Shown: in pieces, positions 37,199 to 47,538 of the stretch
Layout: each line of letters starts with the position of its first letter
Numbering within the stretch: position 1 is the first letter of the stretch
Virus record (IMG/VR): IMGVR_UViG_3300033153_006865
Location: 1,035-65,034 of that record
Reading direction: 5' to 3' (one strand)
Length of the DNA stretch: 64,000 nucleotides
Origin: a virus
Taxonomy: Duplodnaviria > Heunggongvirae > Uroviricota > Caudoviricetes
Made by a program: the position numbers and the translations under genes
Notes under the pieces: model-generated
What the model saw: only the letters and a program-made list of their open reading frames with translations
The model's database searches: none
Told to the model about the DNA's origin: nothing

Positions 37199-38286
37199 TG
37201 GCTAGGAAAAAGACACATAAAGAATTTGTAGACCAACTAAGGGAGGTTCAACCTAATCTGACTGTTATAGGAGAGTATGCCAAGGATAGTAAAAAATTAC
37301 TTGTTAAAGATCATCTTGGGATAAGATACTCAACCTCTCCATCTAATCTATTACAGGGTAATAAGCCCTCTGCTGTGTTAGCGGTAGACAAAGACAATTG
37401 GTTTAGAGTAAGAAGTAAACAAATTCACGGAGAATCTTATGATCACTCTAGATCAAAATACTTAGGAGACTCTGTTAAAGTAGAGATTATCTGTCTAAGA
37501 CATGGGTCTTTTTGGCAGACTCCTGCATCACATCTAAAAGGTAGGGGATGTATGGAATGTGGGCATGTAGCTACAGCTAAAAGTAAAAGAAAAACTACAG
37601 ATGAGTTTATTTTAGAGGCGGAGAATATTCATCAGGGAGTCTATGACTACTCTAAGTCACAATATATTAACTCAAAGACAAAAATAAATATAATTTGTCC
37701 CAGTCACGGAGTATTTACACAGGTTCCAAACGATCACCTAAATGGTCACGGGTGCACTTCGTGCGCCTATGCGTCAAATAGTAAGACAACAGAACAATTT
37801 ATATACAAGGCGAATAAAATACATAAGGGTACATACTCCTACTATGATACTGTGTACACTTCATCTGCCTCTGAAGTAGTTATAACTTGTAAAATACATG
37901 GGGCTTTTAAACAAAAACCAAAGGTGCACCTAGAAGGACATGGGTGTAAGAAATGCGCCTCATACAACCATCCTGGATCCTATGCGTCTGTATGTAAATA
38001 TACCCCTGACCATTTGGTACCATTGTACATAATTAAATGTTCCTACAAGGACGAAGTTTTTTACAAAATTGGGCTGTCAATTGACTGTAGGACCAGATTT
38101 TATGGGATACCTTATGAAATAGAACTCCTTAAAATCATTGAAGGTCCTATAGGTAGGACCTATCCATTAGAGCAATCTCTAAAAAAGAAATACGCAATAT
38201 ATAAATATATACCTCAAAAGTATTTTGGTGGGTACACAGAGTGCTTTTCAGTAAACCCACTAAAATACTTTAAAGAATTAAAATAA
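37198..38286 (+). CDS. T5orf172 (GIY-YIG-like) endonuclease with triplicated zinc-ribbon repeats
   Basis: Three HG.F.Q.P..HL.G.GC..C repeats, then C-terminal YIIKC..YKIGLSID...E......F.GGYTECF T5orf172 signature. Paralog of 53758..54855. Confidence 0.7.
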   Translation: MARKKTHKEFVDQLREVQPNLTVIGEYAKDSKKLLVKDHLGIRYSTSPSNLLQGNKPSAVLAVDKDNWFRVRSKQIHGESYDHSRSKYLGDSVKVEIICLRHGSFWQTPASHLKGRGCMECGHVATAKSKRKTTDEFILEAENIHQGVYDYSKSQYINSKTKINIICPSHGVFTQVPNDHLNGHGCTSCAYASNSKTTEQFIYKANKIHKGTYSYYDTVYTSSASEVVITCKIHGAFKQKPKVHLEGHGCKKCASYNHPGSYASVCKYTPDHLVPLYIIKCSYKDEVFYKIGLSIDCRTRFYGIPYEIELLKIIEGPIGRTYPLEQSLKKKYAIYKYIPQKYFGGYTECFSVNPLKYFKELK

Positions 38287-38297
38287 AACCAAATAAT

Positions 38298-38894
38298 ATG
38301 TCAGAAGAAAAGAAAAGAGCAGCAATAGACTTCATTTCCCCCATAATAGCAGCAGCAGATGAACAAGATGCCCTAAATGTTATTGTAGAAATAGGAGAGC
38401 TCTTAGGGATATCTGAAAGCTATACTAAATTACAATCTATTAAGGTTGAATTAGATAAGTTTAATGTCAGATTTAAGGCGATCAGAGGTAGAATAGAAGC
38501 TATGTCTCGACCATATGTAATAGAGGATCTACTTGATATTAGATTGGACCTCTCTTTATTATTATCTGAACTGGTAGATAGTGGTTTAGTATATGAGGCA
38601 AACAAACTAAAGATATTTTTTGAGAATCGTGAACGGGGAGCAAAATCGGAGGCTTTTATGTTCATAAAGAGTAGTGAGGAGTTGATGAAAGAATTAGGCA
38701 GTAAATCGATTGAGGCTGTAAAAACTAGAAGTGGGGATACTCCTCCCCTACTTGAATGGAATAGGTGTAATTCAGCTGCATATGGAAACTTCACGCTACT
38801 AAGATCTACTCAAAGCTCAATAGAGCAAGTCATACACTCTGTGAGTAGTTTGTTGAACTCGGAATTGACAATAAAAAAAATTGACGCAAAGTAA
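38298..38894 (+). CDS. hypothetical protein
   Basis: 198-aa ORF. Confidence 0.45.
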   Translation: MSEEKKRAAIDFISPIIAAADEQDALNVIVEIGELLGISESYTKLQSIKVELDKFNVRFKAIRGRIEAMSRPYVIEDLLDIRLDLSLLLSELVDSGLVYEANKLKIFFENRERGAKSEAFMFIKSSEELMKELGSKSIEAVKTRSGDTPPLLEWNRCNSAAYGNFTLLRSTQSSIEQVIHSVSSLLNSELTIKKIDAK

Positions 38895-38949
38895 TAGGAT
38901 TATTCAAAATTAATATTATCTTTACAAACAAGTTAAAACCAAATAGTAA

Positions 38950-40227
38950 ATGAAAAATTTAAGAGAGATAGACTCCAGTAAGGTAGTTGCACTTGACATT
39001 GAAACCTGCAGAATCTACGAGAAACTAAAAGATGCGCCTGAAGATATGCAGACAGCGTGGAGTTATAAAAACAAAGACAAGGGCAGGATTCTTGAGTTCA
39101 AGGAATTAGAGCTACTATGGGATGAACAATCTGCCCTATTTCCAGAATTTGCCAAGATAATTTCTGTATCAATGGTATTTAAATCCGATGATGGAAGACT
39201 ACTTTGCCAGAACTTTACATCAACAGATGAAAAGTTTATCTTAGAAGGGTTGTCAAACATGTTTACCAGAATGCAGGCAAAAGATCGTAATTACAGACTT
39301 ATAGGGCATTCAAGTCTATACTTCGATTTCCCTTGGATAGCTAAACGTTGTATAATAAATGGACTACCAGTTCTAGACATGATTGATAACTACGGGGTTA
39401 AGCCTTGGCTGGCTACTAACCTTGACACTAACCAAATTTGGAAAGGTGGGTACACTGGACCAGGTTCTTCATTAGTAGCCCTTTGTTCAGCTTTAGGCTT
39501 GGAGATATCAAAAGACGATATGGTAGGCTCAGATGTAGCAGATCACTACTTTGCTGGAAATTTAGCTGGCATCGGGAAATATTGTGACAAAGACACAATC
39601 GCTACATTCAATGTGTTCTTAAGATTCAAAGGAGAGGAGCCATTCCTATTTGCTGATGTTGTCCACCTTGGAGAACAGACAGTAGAAGAGGTTAAAGAGG
39701 AAGCAGCTAATCAGCCAGTTATCCCCGTACTGACTCGAATATTCAGATCTAAGGGGTTTACTGAAGAGGATAAGCAGGAACTTGAAGCTATATTTCTTGA
39801 CCCCAAGAAAACATTCCGGAAAAAAGAATGGGCTCAATTAGATTACCTATTGACAACCTTGTACCAAAATAACAAGATTATGCAATCTGATAAACCAGAT
39901 GTGCTGAAAGAGAAGGCTGCCGAAGTGAAGGACTTTATTGAAGTCATGAAGTACTCAAAGATTAATGAGCCGGGAGATGCTAAAAAATTAGGCGAGGCTC
40001 CTAAAGATGGACCAGTATTAGGAACTCAGGTAAAAGAGGTAACTACACCAGTACCAGCAGCAAAACCTGAGTCAGCTGTACCAAAGATGTCAGCAGCATT
40101 TGTAGAAGCCTTGCCTTTTGTACCACCTACACCAGCATCAATAGTGGCGGGTCCATCATCAGAGGCATTACCTCCAGCACCTGTACCTGCAGTAGAAAAA
40201 GCAGAGACGAAAGAAGAAACTAAGTAA
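38950..40227 (+). CDS. RNase-H-fold 3'-5' exonuclease (PolB-exo-like) with Pro/Ala-rich tail
   Basis: VVALDIETCRI Exo I-like motif, YFDFPWIAKR; C-terminal PVPAAKPESAVP...PPAPVPAV low-complexity tail. Confidence 0.5.
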   Translation: MKNLREIDSSKVVALDIETCRIYEKLKDAPEDMQTAWSYKNKDKGRILEFKELELLWDEQSALFPEFAKIISVSMVFKSDDGRLLCQNFTSTDEKFILEGLSNMFTRMQAKDRNYRLIGHSSLYFDFPWIAKRCIINGLPVLDMIDNYGVKPWLATNLDTNQIWKGGYTGPGSSLVALCSALGLEISKDDMVGSDVADHYFAGNLAGIGKYCDKDTIATFNVFLRFKGEEPFLFADVVHLGEQTVEEVKEEAANQPVIPVLTRIFRSKGFTEEDKQELEAIFLDPKKTFRKKEWAQLDYLLTTLYQNNKIMQSDKPDVLKEKAAEVKDFIEVMKYSKINEPGDAKKLGEAPKDGPVLGTQVKEVTTPVPAAKPESAVPKMSAAFVEALPFVPPTPASIVAGPSSEALPPAPVPAVEKAETKEETK

Positions 40228-40250
40228 AACCTATTTAAAAATAAAATCAA

Positions 40251-40988
40251 ATGCCAAAATTAAAATTTGAAACCTATGATTGTCTTAGAACGGACAATCC
40301 TAAATTCCAACACTTAGTTGGTAAAGCTAAAATGTCCTACTCAGCTTACACTAGTTGGAAGGAATTAAAATATAGAGGAGAATTCATTGCACAGAAATTT
40401 TTAAAAGAAGTAGTTGCTGGTGGAATGTTTGCTGACTATGGCTCTGCCTGTGGAGAATTTATAGAGCACTCAGGTGATGTCGCTAAAGTAAGAGCTGAAA
40501 TCGCTCATCTATTATCTGAAAGTGATATAGCTATATTAACAGGAGTTGTGGATTCAGCCACTGAGGGTTCTGAATACGAACGAGAAATTGTCCTTGATAG
40601 AGGAGATTATGTTATTCACGGATTCATTGATGAATGTTCTATCCTAGATGATGCATCTCTTTTTGTAAAGGATTTCAAAACTGGTAATGATAAAAAAGTA
40701 AAGATGTATTCTGACTTTAAGCAGTACCAACAAACTGGTCTATATGCCCATGCTCTGATTCAGGAAGGTGAACATGTAGGAGGATGTGGAGTAGTATTAC
40801 TTGATCGTAAAGGTAACAATACTACAGTTGGGGATAAGAATGTTCTTAGACTTACTGGGACTATTACTGATGTTCCTACTCCTTATGATCCAGAGGCTAC
40901 AGAAGCTTGGCTTAAAAAAGATTTTGATAAGGTGGCTAAAGAGATTTCTGATTTCAGACGCTTTTATAATAAATTCTTTCCAGTATGA
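40251..40988 (+). CDS. RecB-family PD-(D/E)xK nuclease
   Basis: HGFIDE..., LFVKDFKTG (D-x-K), QQTGLYAHAL (QxxxY). Confidence 0.55.
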   Translation: MPKLKFETYDCLRTDNPKFQHLVGKAKMSYSAYTSWKELKYRGEFIAQKFLKEVVAGGMFADYGSACGEFIEHSGDVAKVRAEIAHLLSESDIAILTGVVDSATEGSEYEREIVLDRGDYVIHGFIDECSILDDASLFVKDFKTGNDKKVKMYSDFKQYQQTGLYAHALIQEGEHVGGCGVVLLDRKGNNTTVGDKNVLRLTGTITDVPTPYDPEATEAWLKKDFDKVAKEISDFRRFYNKFFPV

Positions 40989-41215
40989 TTGGATTAATAT
41001 ACCAACACATTAGGACTTCCAATGCTTATGAGGTATTGGATACTCCTGATGGTAAGATAGAAGGATTAGGCTGGGTAGAGGGAGTCTACTATAAGTCAGT
41101 GGTTTCTGGGAAGATGTACTGGTCACCACTAAAAAGATTTGATAAAAAATTCAGGCTTCTCGAAGAGTCAGAGAGTAATTCGGGCTTTAGTGATCCAGAA
41201 GAAATTTTACCATAA
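40985..41215 (+). CDS. hypothetical protein
   Basis: 76-aa ORF. Confidence 0.4.
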   Translation: MIGLIYQHIRTSNAYEVLDTPDGKIEGLGWVEGVYYKSVVSGKMYWSPLKRFDKKFRLLEESESNSGFSDPEEILP

Positions 41216-41230
41216 AATAAAACCAACAAA

Positions 41231-41758
41231 ATGAATAAAGATTTAGAAAAAGAATTAGGTGATGTCGTGGACAAACATCTATCAAAAGTAGGAGCTGATG
41301 CTTTAAAAAGAAGGCTAGATGATGCTGATGGAATGGAAATCAAATTAGCAGCAAATAAGGAAGCTAAAAAGGACTCTGATAAAAAGATCATTGATTTACA
41401 AACAGCACTCGAAGGAAAGACAAAACAATACGATGAACTTAAGAAGAGTGAAGACCACGTTGAAAATGAAAATCTAAGACTTGAAGAATTGAAAAGGGCA
41501 CTCTCTGAACAAGCTCAAACAATGGAGGTGACACTTCTTAAAAAGGAGTTGGAAATGACTCTTTCTTCAAAAGAAGAAACTAAGTCTTTAATAAATGTTG
41601 TGTTCAAGAATGCCACAGTTAGAGAATCAGTTCTTACTACTGGTGGGGAACAAATGGGTATGACTGCATACGATGAGAAAATTGGCATGCATATTTGGGT
41701 TCCAACAGGTGCTCCAGACCCTAACAAAACTGAAACAAAAACGACTGAAAAATTGTAA
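41231..41758 (+). CDS. coiled-coil hypothetical protein
   Basis: Lys/Glu-rich heptad-like sequence. Confidence 0.45.
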   Translation: MNKDLEKELGDVVDKHLSKVGADALKRRLDDADGMEIKLAANKEAKKDSDKKIIDLQTALEGKTKQYDELKKSEDHVENENLRLEELKRALSEQAQTMEVTLLKKELEMTLSSKEETKSLINVVFKNATVRESVLTTGGEQMGMTAYDEKIGMHIWVPTGAPDPNKTETKTTEKL

Positions 41759-41787
41759 ATTTTAAACCAAAAATAAATAGTAAAATC

Positions 41788-42279
41788 ATGAAAGAAGAAA
41801 CAAATGAAAATGTGGGACCAGGAGCATTAGCTGAAGAGTCGAAACAGCCAGCAGTAAATCCTTTAGTATTAATGATGAACAGACAAAAGGAATTAGCATT
41901 AGAGATGGAAGCTAAAAGTCTTGCTCTTGAGCAAAATGGATTTGGTGGACACACTTATGCTCCTGGAGTAATGGTAGAAGTAGAGGGTACTTGGTTAGCA
42001 GGAGTTAGTAACTTCATCGCTAAATTAAGTAGCAACATCCAGGTATTACAGGCATCGTTGATCCAACAGGATACATTATGTACTGGTATTGTAACTACTG
42101 GATTGGAGTACCAAAATGAGATTGTAAGTCTACACACTAAAAATTGTGAGGCTGGATTGACAATCACTAAAGAGGCAGCTCAAGCACTTGCTGCTAAGGA
42201 GGATATTACTGAAGTTGTACCAACTGTTAAAAAGGTTGTTCCCGCACCAGAGGTAGAAGAGGGTGTTGCAGATATGTAG
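41788..42279 (+). CDS. hypothetical protein
   Basis: 163-aa ORF. Confidence 0.45.
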   Translation: MKEETNENVGPGALAEESKQPAVNPLVLMMNRQKELALEMEAKSLALEQNGFGGHTYAPGVMVEVEGTWLAGVSNFIAKLSSNIQVLQASLIQQDTLCTGIVTTGLEYQNEIVSLHTKNCEAGLTITKEAAQALAAKEDITEVVPTVKKVVPAPEVEEGVADM

Positions 42280-42369
42280 TACACGGATATTACCTAATCA
42301 CAATCCCTCAGGAATTTTTTCTTGGGGGATTTTTTTGTTTATACCAATAATTATTCTTACATTCGCATT

Positions 42370-42759
42370 ATGGAAAATGAATTTTACGTGGGTCAGAAAA
42401 TATGTTGTGTTAATTCTGTGTTTGACCACAACCAGAATTTCTTCGACACATACTTTCAAGAGTTGCCTGAGGAGAATATAACTTACACAGTTAGAGAAGT
42501 GGATGGAGAGAGTGTTCTTCTGGAGGAAATTATCAATAAACCTCGTCCATTTAGTCTGGGAGGGACGGTAGTTCAGTTAGAACCCGGTTTCAACACAAAG
42601 AGATTTGTCCCACTTGATACAAAAGAAGAAAGTGATTCGTATGCTGATAGCATACTTAAAAACCTAGAGGAAGGATTTACTGAAGTTAGAGAATTAACTG
42701 GTGTAGAGGACGAAGGCTACAAAACTGATTTTTCACCTGAGAGATTTGATAAAGTATGA
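42370..42759 (+). CDS. hypothetical protein
   Basis: Internal start MENEFY chosen; the ORF track starts at 42322. Confidence 0.4.
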   Translation: MENEFYVGQKICCVNSVFDHNQNFFDTYFQELPEENITYTVREVDGESVLLEEIINKPRPFSLGGTVVQLEPGFNTKRFVPLDTKEESDSYADSILKNLEEGFTEVRELTGVEDEGYKTDFSPERFDKV

Positions 42760-43280
42760 GCAGTAGAATTTATGATCTTAATCGTAGGAGGTCTTTAATA
42801 GGCAAAGCTAAAGTAATATACGATAGCCAAGTTAAGTCTACTAAGAAGAAAGGCCATCCCCCAATGGAGTATAATAAAAAAGAGTTTGTAGACTGGCTAA
42901 TATCACAACCGGAATATTTAAAACTTCACAAAGCTTGGGTGAAATCTGGATATGATATGTGGCTGGCCCCATCTTGTGACCGTCTCGATGATTACTTAGG
43001 ATACACTTTTAAGAATCTCCGAATAGTAACTTGGAAGGTTAATTATGACAAAGGTAATAATGATACAAAATCAGGTATTAATAATAAACGTAATAAGGCA
43101 GTAGTAAAATTAAGATTGAATCAAGAATTTGTTGAAGAACTCCACTCCTTAGCTGAGGCACTTAGAGTGACAGGAGTGCGTAATATAGGTCAGGTCTGTA
43201 GTGGCAACAGACCATTAGCTGGGGGTTTTAAATGGATGTTTAAAGAAGATTACGAAAAATTAAAAATAGATAAGAAATGA
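42756..43280 (+). CDS. degenerate-HNH homing-endonuclease-like protein with NUMOD-type C-terminal motif
   Basis: APSCDRLDDYLGY..NLRIVTWKVN (HNH-like fold) and C-terminal IGQVCSGNRPLAGGFKW. Paralog of 60653..61285. Confidence 0.55.
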   Translation: MSSRIYDLNRRRSLIGKAKVIYDSQVKSTKKKGHPPMEYNKKEFVDWLISQPEYLKLHKAWVKSGYDMWLAPSCDRLDDYLGYTFKNLRIVTWKVNYDKGNNDTKSGINNKRNKAVVKLRLNQEFVEELHSLAEALRVTGVRNIGQVCSGNRPLAGGFKWMFKEDYEKLKIDKK

Positions 43281-43460
43281 TTAGGAAGCACGGATGCTAA
43301 AGACCTTCAAGGATTAATGACCCTTATTAATTAGGTCACCGAGGGTTAGCGGTCTATCGTACCTTAGATTGAGGTTTCCAGGTTTGTTAGAATACAAGCC
43401 AATAGGTGTAAAAATCTAACTCTCGTGCTTCCTTTTTGTAATTTAAAAACAATAGAAATT

Positions 43461-43958
43461 ATGTCAAATGAATCACAAGTCGCAAAAGCTTTAATTTTTG
43501 CAGAAAAACACCACGGAAACCAAAGGTATGGTGACCATCCTTATATTGTCCACTTAACACTTGTATTAGGTGTAGGAATAGAATTGGGGTTTCCAGATTC
43601 TGTTTTGGCTGGATGCGTCTTACATGATACTCTAGAAGACACACCTGTATCATACAACGATATTAAAAAAGTATTTGGAGCCCAAGTTGCTGATATTGTT
43701 TATACCTGCACGGATGAATTGGGTAAGAACAGGACTGAGAGAAAATTAAAAATCTATGAAAAACTGAGATTAAATGAGTTGGCACTTTGTACTAAATTGT
43801 GTGATCGAATTGCAAACGTTAGGTTTTCAAAAATGACTGGGTCAAAAATGTGGCACATGTATCAAGAAGAACATGAGAAGTTTGCCGAAAAACTCTATGA
43901 TGGAAATCAGGCTGGCCTAGAGCACGCATGGAGAACTCTTGAAAGAGAGTTTATATAG
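43461..43958 (+). CDS. HD-domain (SpoT/RelA-type) alarmone hydrolase-like protein
   Basis: ALIFAEKHHGNQRYGDHPYIVH...LAGCVLHDTLEDT matches the (p)ppGpp hydrolase HD signature. Confidence 0.6.
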   Translation: MSNESQVAKALIFAEKHHGNQRYGDHPYIVHLTLVLGVGIELGFPDSVLAGCVLHDTLEDTPVSYNDIKKVFGAQVADIVYTCTDELGKNRTERKLKIYEKLRLNELALCTKLCDRIANVRFSKMTGSKMWHMYQEEHEKFAEKLYDGNQAGLEHAWRTLEREFI

Positions 43959-44183
43959 ATATGAGAGCTCTCTTCGGAGGGCTTTTCTTTTACTTATTAG
44001 TTGCAAATTTTTTGCAAGTGTTCACACTGGGCCTCTGTTCACGACCAAAATGGACACGTTTGTGGGAGCTGTTCATTATTTGTGCTTGTTCGAGAAACAT
44101 GAACAGTCACTTAAAATATACAAGAAAACTATAGGATAATCCATTTTCAATTCTTATATTTACCCCGAATCAAAAACTAACAA

Positions 44184-44669
44184 ATGACATTATTTAAGAA
44201 AAAAGATTGTATTGACACATTCAGTGAGATGGTGGGGGATGTTGCCCACTTCCACAACACCTTTAAAATTACCAATAGGTATCAACCAAATTCGAATATT
44301 GGACCAATTGAGGTTGCACTACGTTACAAACTAGCTAAAGAAGAATTAGATGAATACCTAGAAGCAGCAAGGGAAGGAAACATGGTTGAAATAATAGGCG
44401 CTCTTGGAGACCAACTATACATCCTATTAGGCACTATAATGACACACGGTATGCAAAATATAATTGCTCCAGTATTTGAGGCTATTCAAAAATCTAATAT
44501 GAGTAAATTAGATGAGAATGGAAATACTGTAGTGAGGGAAGATGGAAAGATTTTAAAAAGCAATCTGTATACTCCCCCAACAAATGATATCAAAGAGATA
44601 ATCCGGAAAGAGTTAAATGAACCGGTAATTGACGTAATTGACTTTAACCAGTGCAGAGAAAGTATATAA
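44184..44669 (+). CDS. MazG-like all-alpha NTP pyrophosphohydrolase
   Basis: EELDEYLEAAREGNMVEIIGALGDQLYILLG. Confidence 0.5.
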   Translation: MTLFKKKDCIDTFSEMVGDVAHFHNTFKITNRYQPNSNIGPIEVALRYKLAKEELDEYLEAAREGNMVEIIGALGDQLYILLGTIMTHGMQNIIAPVFEAIQKSNMSKLDENGNTVVREDGKILKSNLYTPPTNDIKEIIRKELNEPVIDVIDFNQCRESI

Positions 44670-44698
44670 AGAAGATTAATTAAAACTAAAAAATAAAG

Positions 44699-45826
44699 AT
44701 GAAAAATTATTTAGATCTATTACAGGATATTACAGATAATGGATGTGTAAAGGGTGAAGCCAGAGATAATATGCCAACAACTAGGAGCTTGTTTGGGAGA
44801 CAAATGAGACATAACCTACAAGATGGATTTCCTCTTCTTACGACAAAAAAGATGTTTTGGAATGGAATAGTCACAGAACTTTTTTGGTTTTTGAGAGGAG
44901 AGACTAACATTAAGTCTTTGGTAGATAATGGATCAAACTTCTGGAATCAGGATTCTTATAATTTTTACTTAAAAAAGGTTGGACAGTTTAGTAAAAGTAA
45001 TGAGGAACCCCCATTTAGTTTACTCCTAGATTCTCCCAATGAGAATAAACTTAGGTCCTATACTTTCGAGGAGTTCATTCTTTTAATAAAAGATGGTACA
45101 CTGCTTAAATATGAAGATTATACTTTAGGTGACTGTGGTTTCCAATACGGTAAAACTTGGAGGAATTGGGGAGGTGACGGAAAGACCGATCAGATCATGG
45201 AGTTAATTAAATCATTGAGAAATTCTCCAATGTCCAGAAGACATATTATTTCTGCATGGGATCCTGCTAATCTAGATAAGGTGGCGCTCCACCCATGTCA
45301 TGCCTTGTTTCAATTTAACTGTAGACCTTTATCTTTTGTTGACAGGGCTATTATTTATGAGAAAAAATATAATACGGGTATATCACCAGACGACCAGAAT
45401 GATGAGTTCCTGGATAAGTTCGGTATTCCCAAACACTACCTTGACTGTCAAATGTACCAAAGAAGTGCTGACACATTCTTAGGTGTTCCGTTTAATATTG
45501 CATCGTATGCATTATTGACTCACATAATGGGAGCTCTTTGTAATATGATTCCGGGAGAGTTTATTCATTCATTCGGGGATGCGCATATCTACAGTAATCA
45601 TGAGGACCAGGTAGCAGAGCAATTAACCAGAGGACCTTATCCTCTTCCAAAGCTTGATATTATGACGATTCAAGGTTTACACGAATTATCTCTAGAAGCT
45701 GTTGAACTATTCTTCAAACATGCTGATAAAACAGACTTCCAATTGGTTGATTATAAATATCACCCAGCAATTAAAGCAGAGCTGTCCACAGGGATGAAAA
45801 CTAAAGTTGAAGAAAATGAAGTATAA
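44699..45826 (+). CDS. thyA: thymidylate synthase (ThyA-type, with an insertion of about 60 aa)
   Basis: LLTTKK..W..I..ELFWFLRGETN; catalytic HPCHALFQFN; YQRSADTFLGVPFNIASYALL, where Asn marks dUMP specificity. Confidence 0.85.
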   Translation: MKNYLDLLQDITDNGCVKGEARDNMPTTRSLFGRQMRHNLQDGFPLLTTKKMFWNGIVTELFWFLRGETNIKSLVDNGSNFWNQDSYNFYLKKVGQFSKSNEEPPFSLLLDSPNENKLRSYTFEEFILLIKDGTLLKYEDYTLGDCGFQYGKTWRNWGGDGKTDQIMELIKSLRNSPMSRRHIISAWDPANLDKVALHPCHALFQFNCRPLSFVDRAIIYEKKYNTGISPDDQNDEFLDKFGIPKHYLDCQMYQRSADTFLGVPFNIASYALLTHIMGALCNMIPGEFIHSFGDAHIYSNHEDQVAEQLTRGPYPLPKLDIMTIQGLHELSLEAVELFFKHADKTDFQLVDYKYHPAIKAELSTGMKTKVEENEV

Positions 45827-45869
45827 GTTTGTAGTAAAAATAGTATATCTTTTCTTCCAGGAGGGGAAG

Positions 45870-46253
45870 ATGAATAAAATAACGGAGCATTTACTAGTTC
45901 AAGAATTGACGTTCGGATCCGCAGAAGAGGCTGCGTATCATTATGCAAAGGACAGAATTACAACTGACTTTAGTGTTGAGGCAATTTCCAGAGTATCCTT
46001 TCAAGAAATGTTTGATAACGATGAGGATGAAAACTTCTATGAGATCAAAGTCAAAGCGGTGATGATTTCAGATGAGGAGTTCAAGGAAAAAGAAAGCACA
46101 GTCAACTTTTTAATCCGGGCAAAATCCACTAAGGATGCTATTAATATCCTTGAAGAAAAAATTGATGATTGGTATAATGGATTCAGTATAGTTGCTACCA
46201 AGCAATCTGTTATTTTTGAGATTTGTCCACCGGTGCCGGTAAAGTCGGATTAG
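45870..46253 (+). CDS. hypothetical protein
   Basis: Start at the ATG preceded by AGGAGG; the ORF track start at 45807 overlaps thyA. Confidence 0.4.
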   Translation: MNKITEHLLVQELTFGSAEEAAYHYAKDRITTDFSVEAISRVSFQEMFDNDEDENFYEIKVKAVMISDEEFKEKESTVNFLIRAKSTKDAINILEEKIDDWYNGFSIVATKQSVIFEICPPVPVKSD

Positions 46254-46254
46254 T

Positions 46255-47037
46255 ATGGACTATAAAGATGATAAGGTGTGGCTCATGCAAGGTGATGCCG
46301 TAGAGAGGATGAGGGAGATACCAACAGGTAGTGTAGATTTAATATTTGCAGATATTCCTTACGGTATGACGGCAAATGACTGGGATATAATAATTCCGTT
46401 TCTTGGGATGTGGGAGCAAATACATAGGATTACGAAAATAGATGCAGCAATATGTCTAATGGCTGCATCTCCTTTTGATAAACTTTTGGGGGCATCGAAT
46501 ATAAAAGAGTTGAAATATGAGTGGATATGGCAAAAGAATAAGTCTTCTGGCCATTTGAATGTCAATAAAAGACCAATGAGGAATCATGAAAATATTTTAA
46601 TATTTTATAGAAAGCAGCCAATATACAACAGTCAAAAAACAAAAGGGCATAAAATGTCTAATTCAGCAAATAGGTCAAGTATCGGGAGTAATTATGGAAA
46701 AGCAGGATTGACGTCATACAAAACATCAACTGAAAGGCACCCACTCACAATATTACCAATTCCGGTAATTAACAACGATGGGTCTGGGGAGGAAAAGATA
46801 CATCCAACACAAAAACCAATACAGTTACCAGAACATTTTATTAAGACATACTCAAATGAGGGAGATACTGTATGTGATTTTACCATGGGTAGAGGAGGAA
46901 CAGTTGAAGCTGCAGTAAAATTAAACAGAAAAGTAATAGGTATTGATAATGGTAAGTGTGAGAAAGAGGGTCACAAGTACTTTAATATGAATTGGACTGA
47001 CATTGTATATAGAGATTTAAGGGAAAGGGTCTTATAA
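46255..47037 (+). CDS. DNA N6-adenine/N4-cytosine methyltransferase (beta class)
   Basis: Motif IV DIPYG near the N-terminus and motif I DFTMGRGGT near the C-terminus, i.e. beta permutation. Confidence 0.75.
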   Translation: MDYKDDKVWLMQGDAVERMREIPTGSVDLIFADIPYGMTANDWDIIIPFLGMWEQIHRITKIDAAICLMAASPFDKLLGASNIKELKYEWIWQKNKSSGHLNVNKRPMRNHENILIFYRKQPIYNSQKTKGHKMSNSANRSSIGSNYGKAGLTSYKTSTERHPLTILPIPVINNDGSGEEKIHPTQKPIQLPEHFIKTYSNEGDTVCDFTMGRGGTVEAAVKLNRKVIGIDNGKCEKEGHKYFNMNWTDIVYRDLRERVL

Positions 47038-47121
47038 GTACGGGGATATAAGTTAGATTACCGGTTAACCAACCGTTGGCCTCATAATTAGTTTTGTGGG
47101 GTCTTCTTTTTGTCCAGGTTT

Positions 47122-47154
47122 ATCTAGACATGAAAAATCCCCAACCAAATTAAT
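47122..47154 (-). terminator. terminator hairpin at strand-convergence point
   Basis: atcccca-(14 nt)-tggggat with a T-run on the - strand (aaaaa on +). Confidence 0.55.
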
Positions 47155-47186
47155 GACTGGGGATCTATTTACTTTTAGTAAATTAA

Positions 47187-47384
47187 CTAAACCTCATTCA
47201 ATGTGAAGTATCTAACTACTACTTCAGCTTCATAAGATTCATGACTCTTCCAAGCAAGAACTGTTATGTATAAAACATATTCTAATCCCGACTCTCCTAT
47301 ATTATGTTGCCTATTAATTTTAAAGTTGTTGAAGCCAAAATAATCTTTAATCATTATAGCTGCATAATCTAACGTGCTTGCCAC
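47187..47384 (-). CDS. hypothetical protein
   Basis: 65-aa ORF in the convergence zone; weak. Confidence 0.2.
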   Translation of the reverse strand: MASTLDYAAIMIKDYFGFNNFKINRQHNIGESGLEYVLYITVLAWKSHESYEAEVVVRYFTLNEV

Positions 47385-47538
47385 TCCTATGACATCCTTT
47401 TCATTATCGCTCTTATCTATTGTCTCTATTACGTAGAATATTTTATCTTTAGGTCAAGTATTTAACTGTTTGGCCAACAAAGTAGAATAGTCTTCCGTTC
47501 TTATCTATATATAGCATTTGTTAGGTTTTGTTGGGTAG

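Noticed and set aside
44699-45826. Group I intron or intein inside thymidylate synthase (as in T4 td)
   Set aside because: The ORF is continuous at 375 aa and the extra about 60 aa sits in the variable insert region known from long ThyA forms. No intein blocks and no in-frame stop or structured gap.
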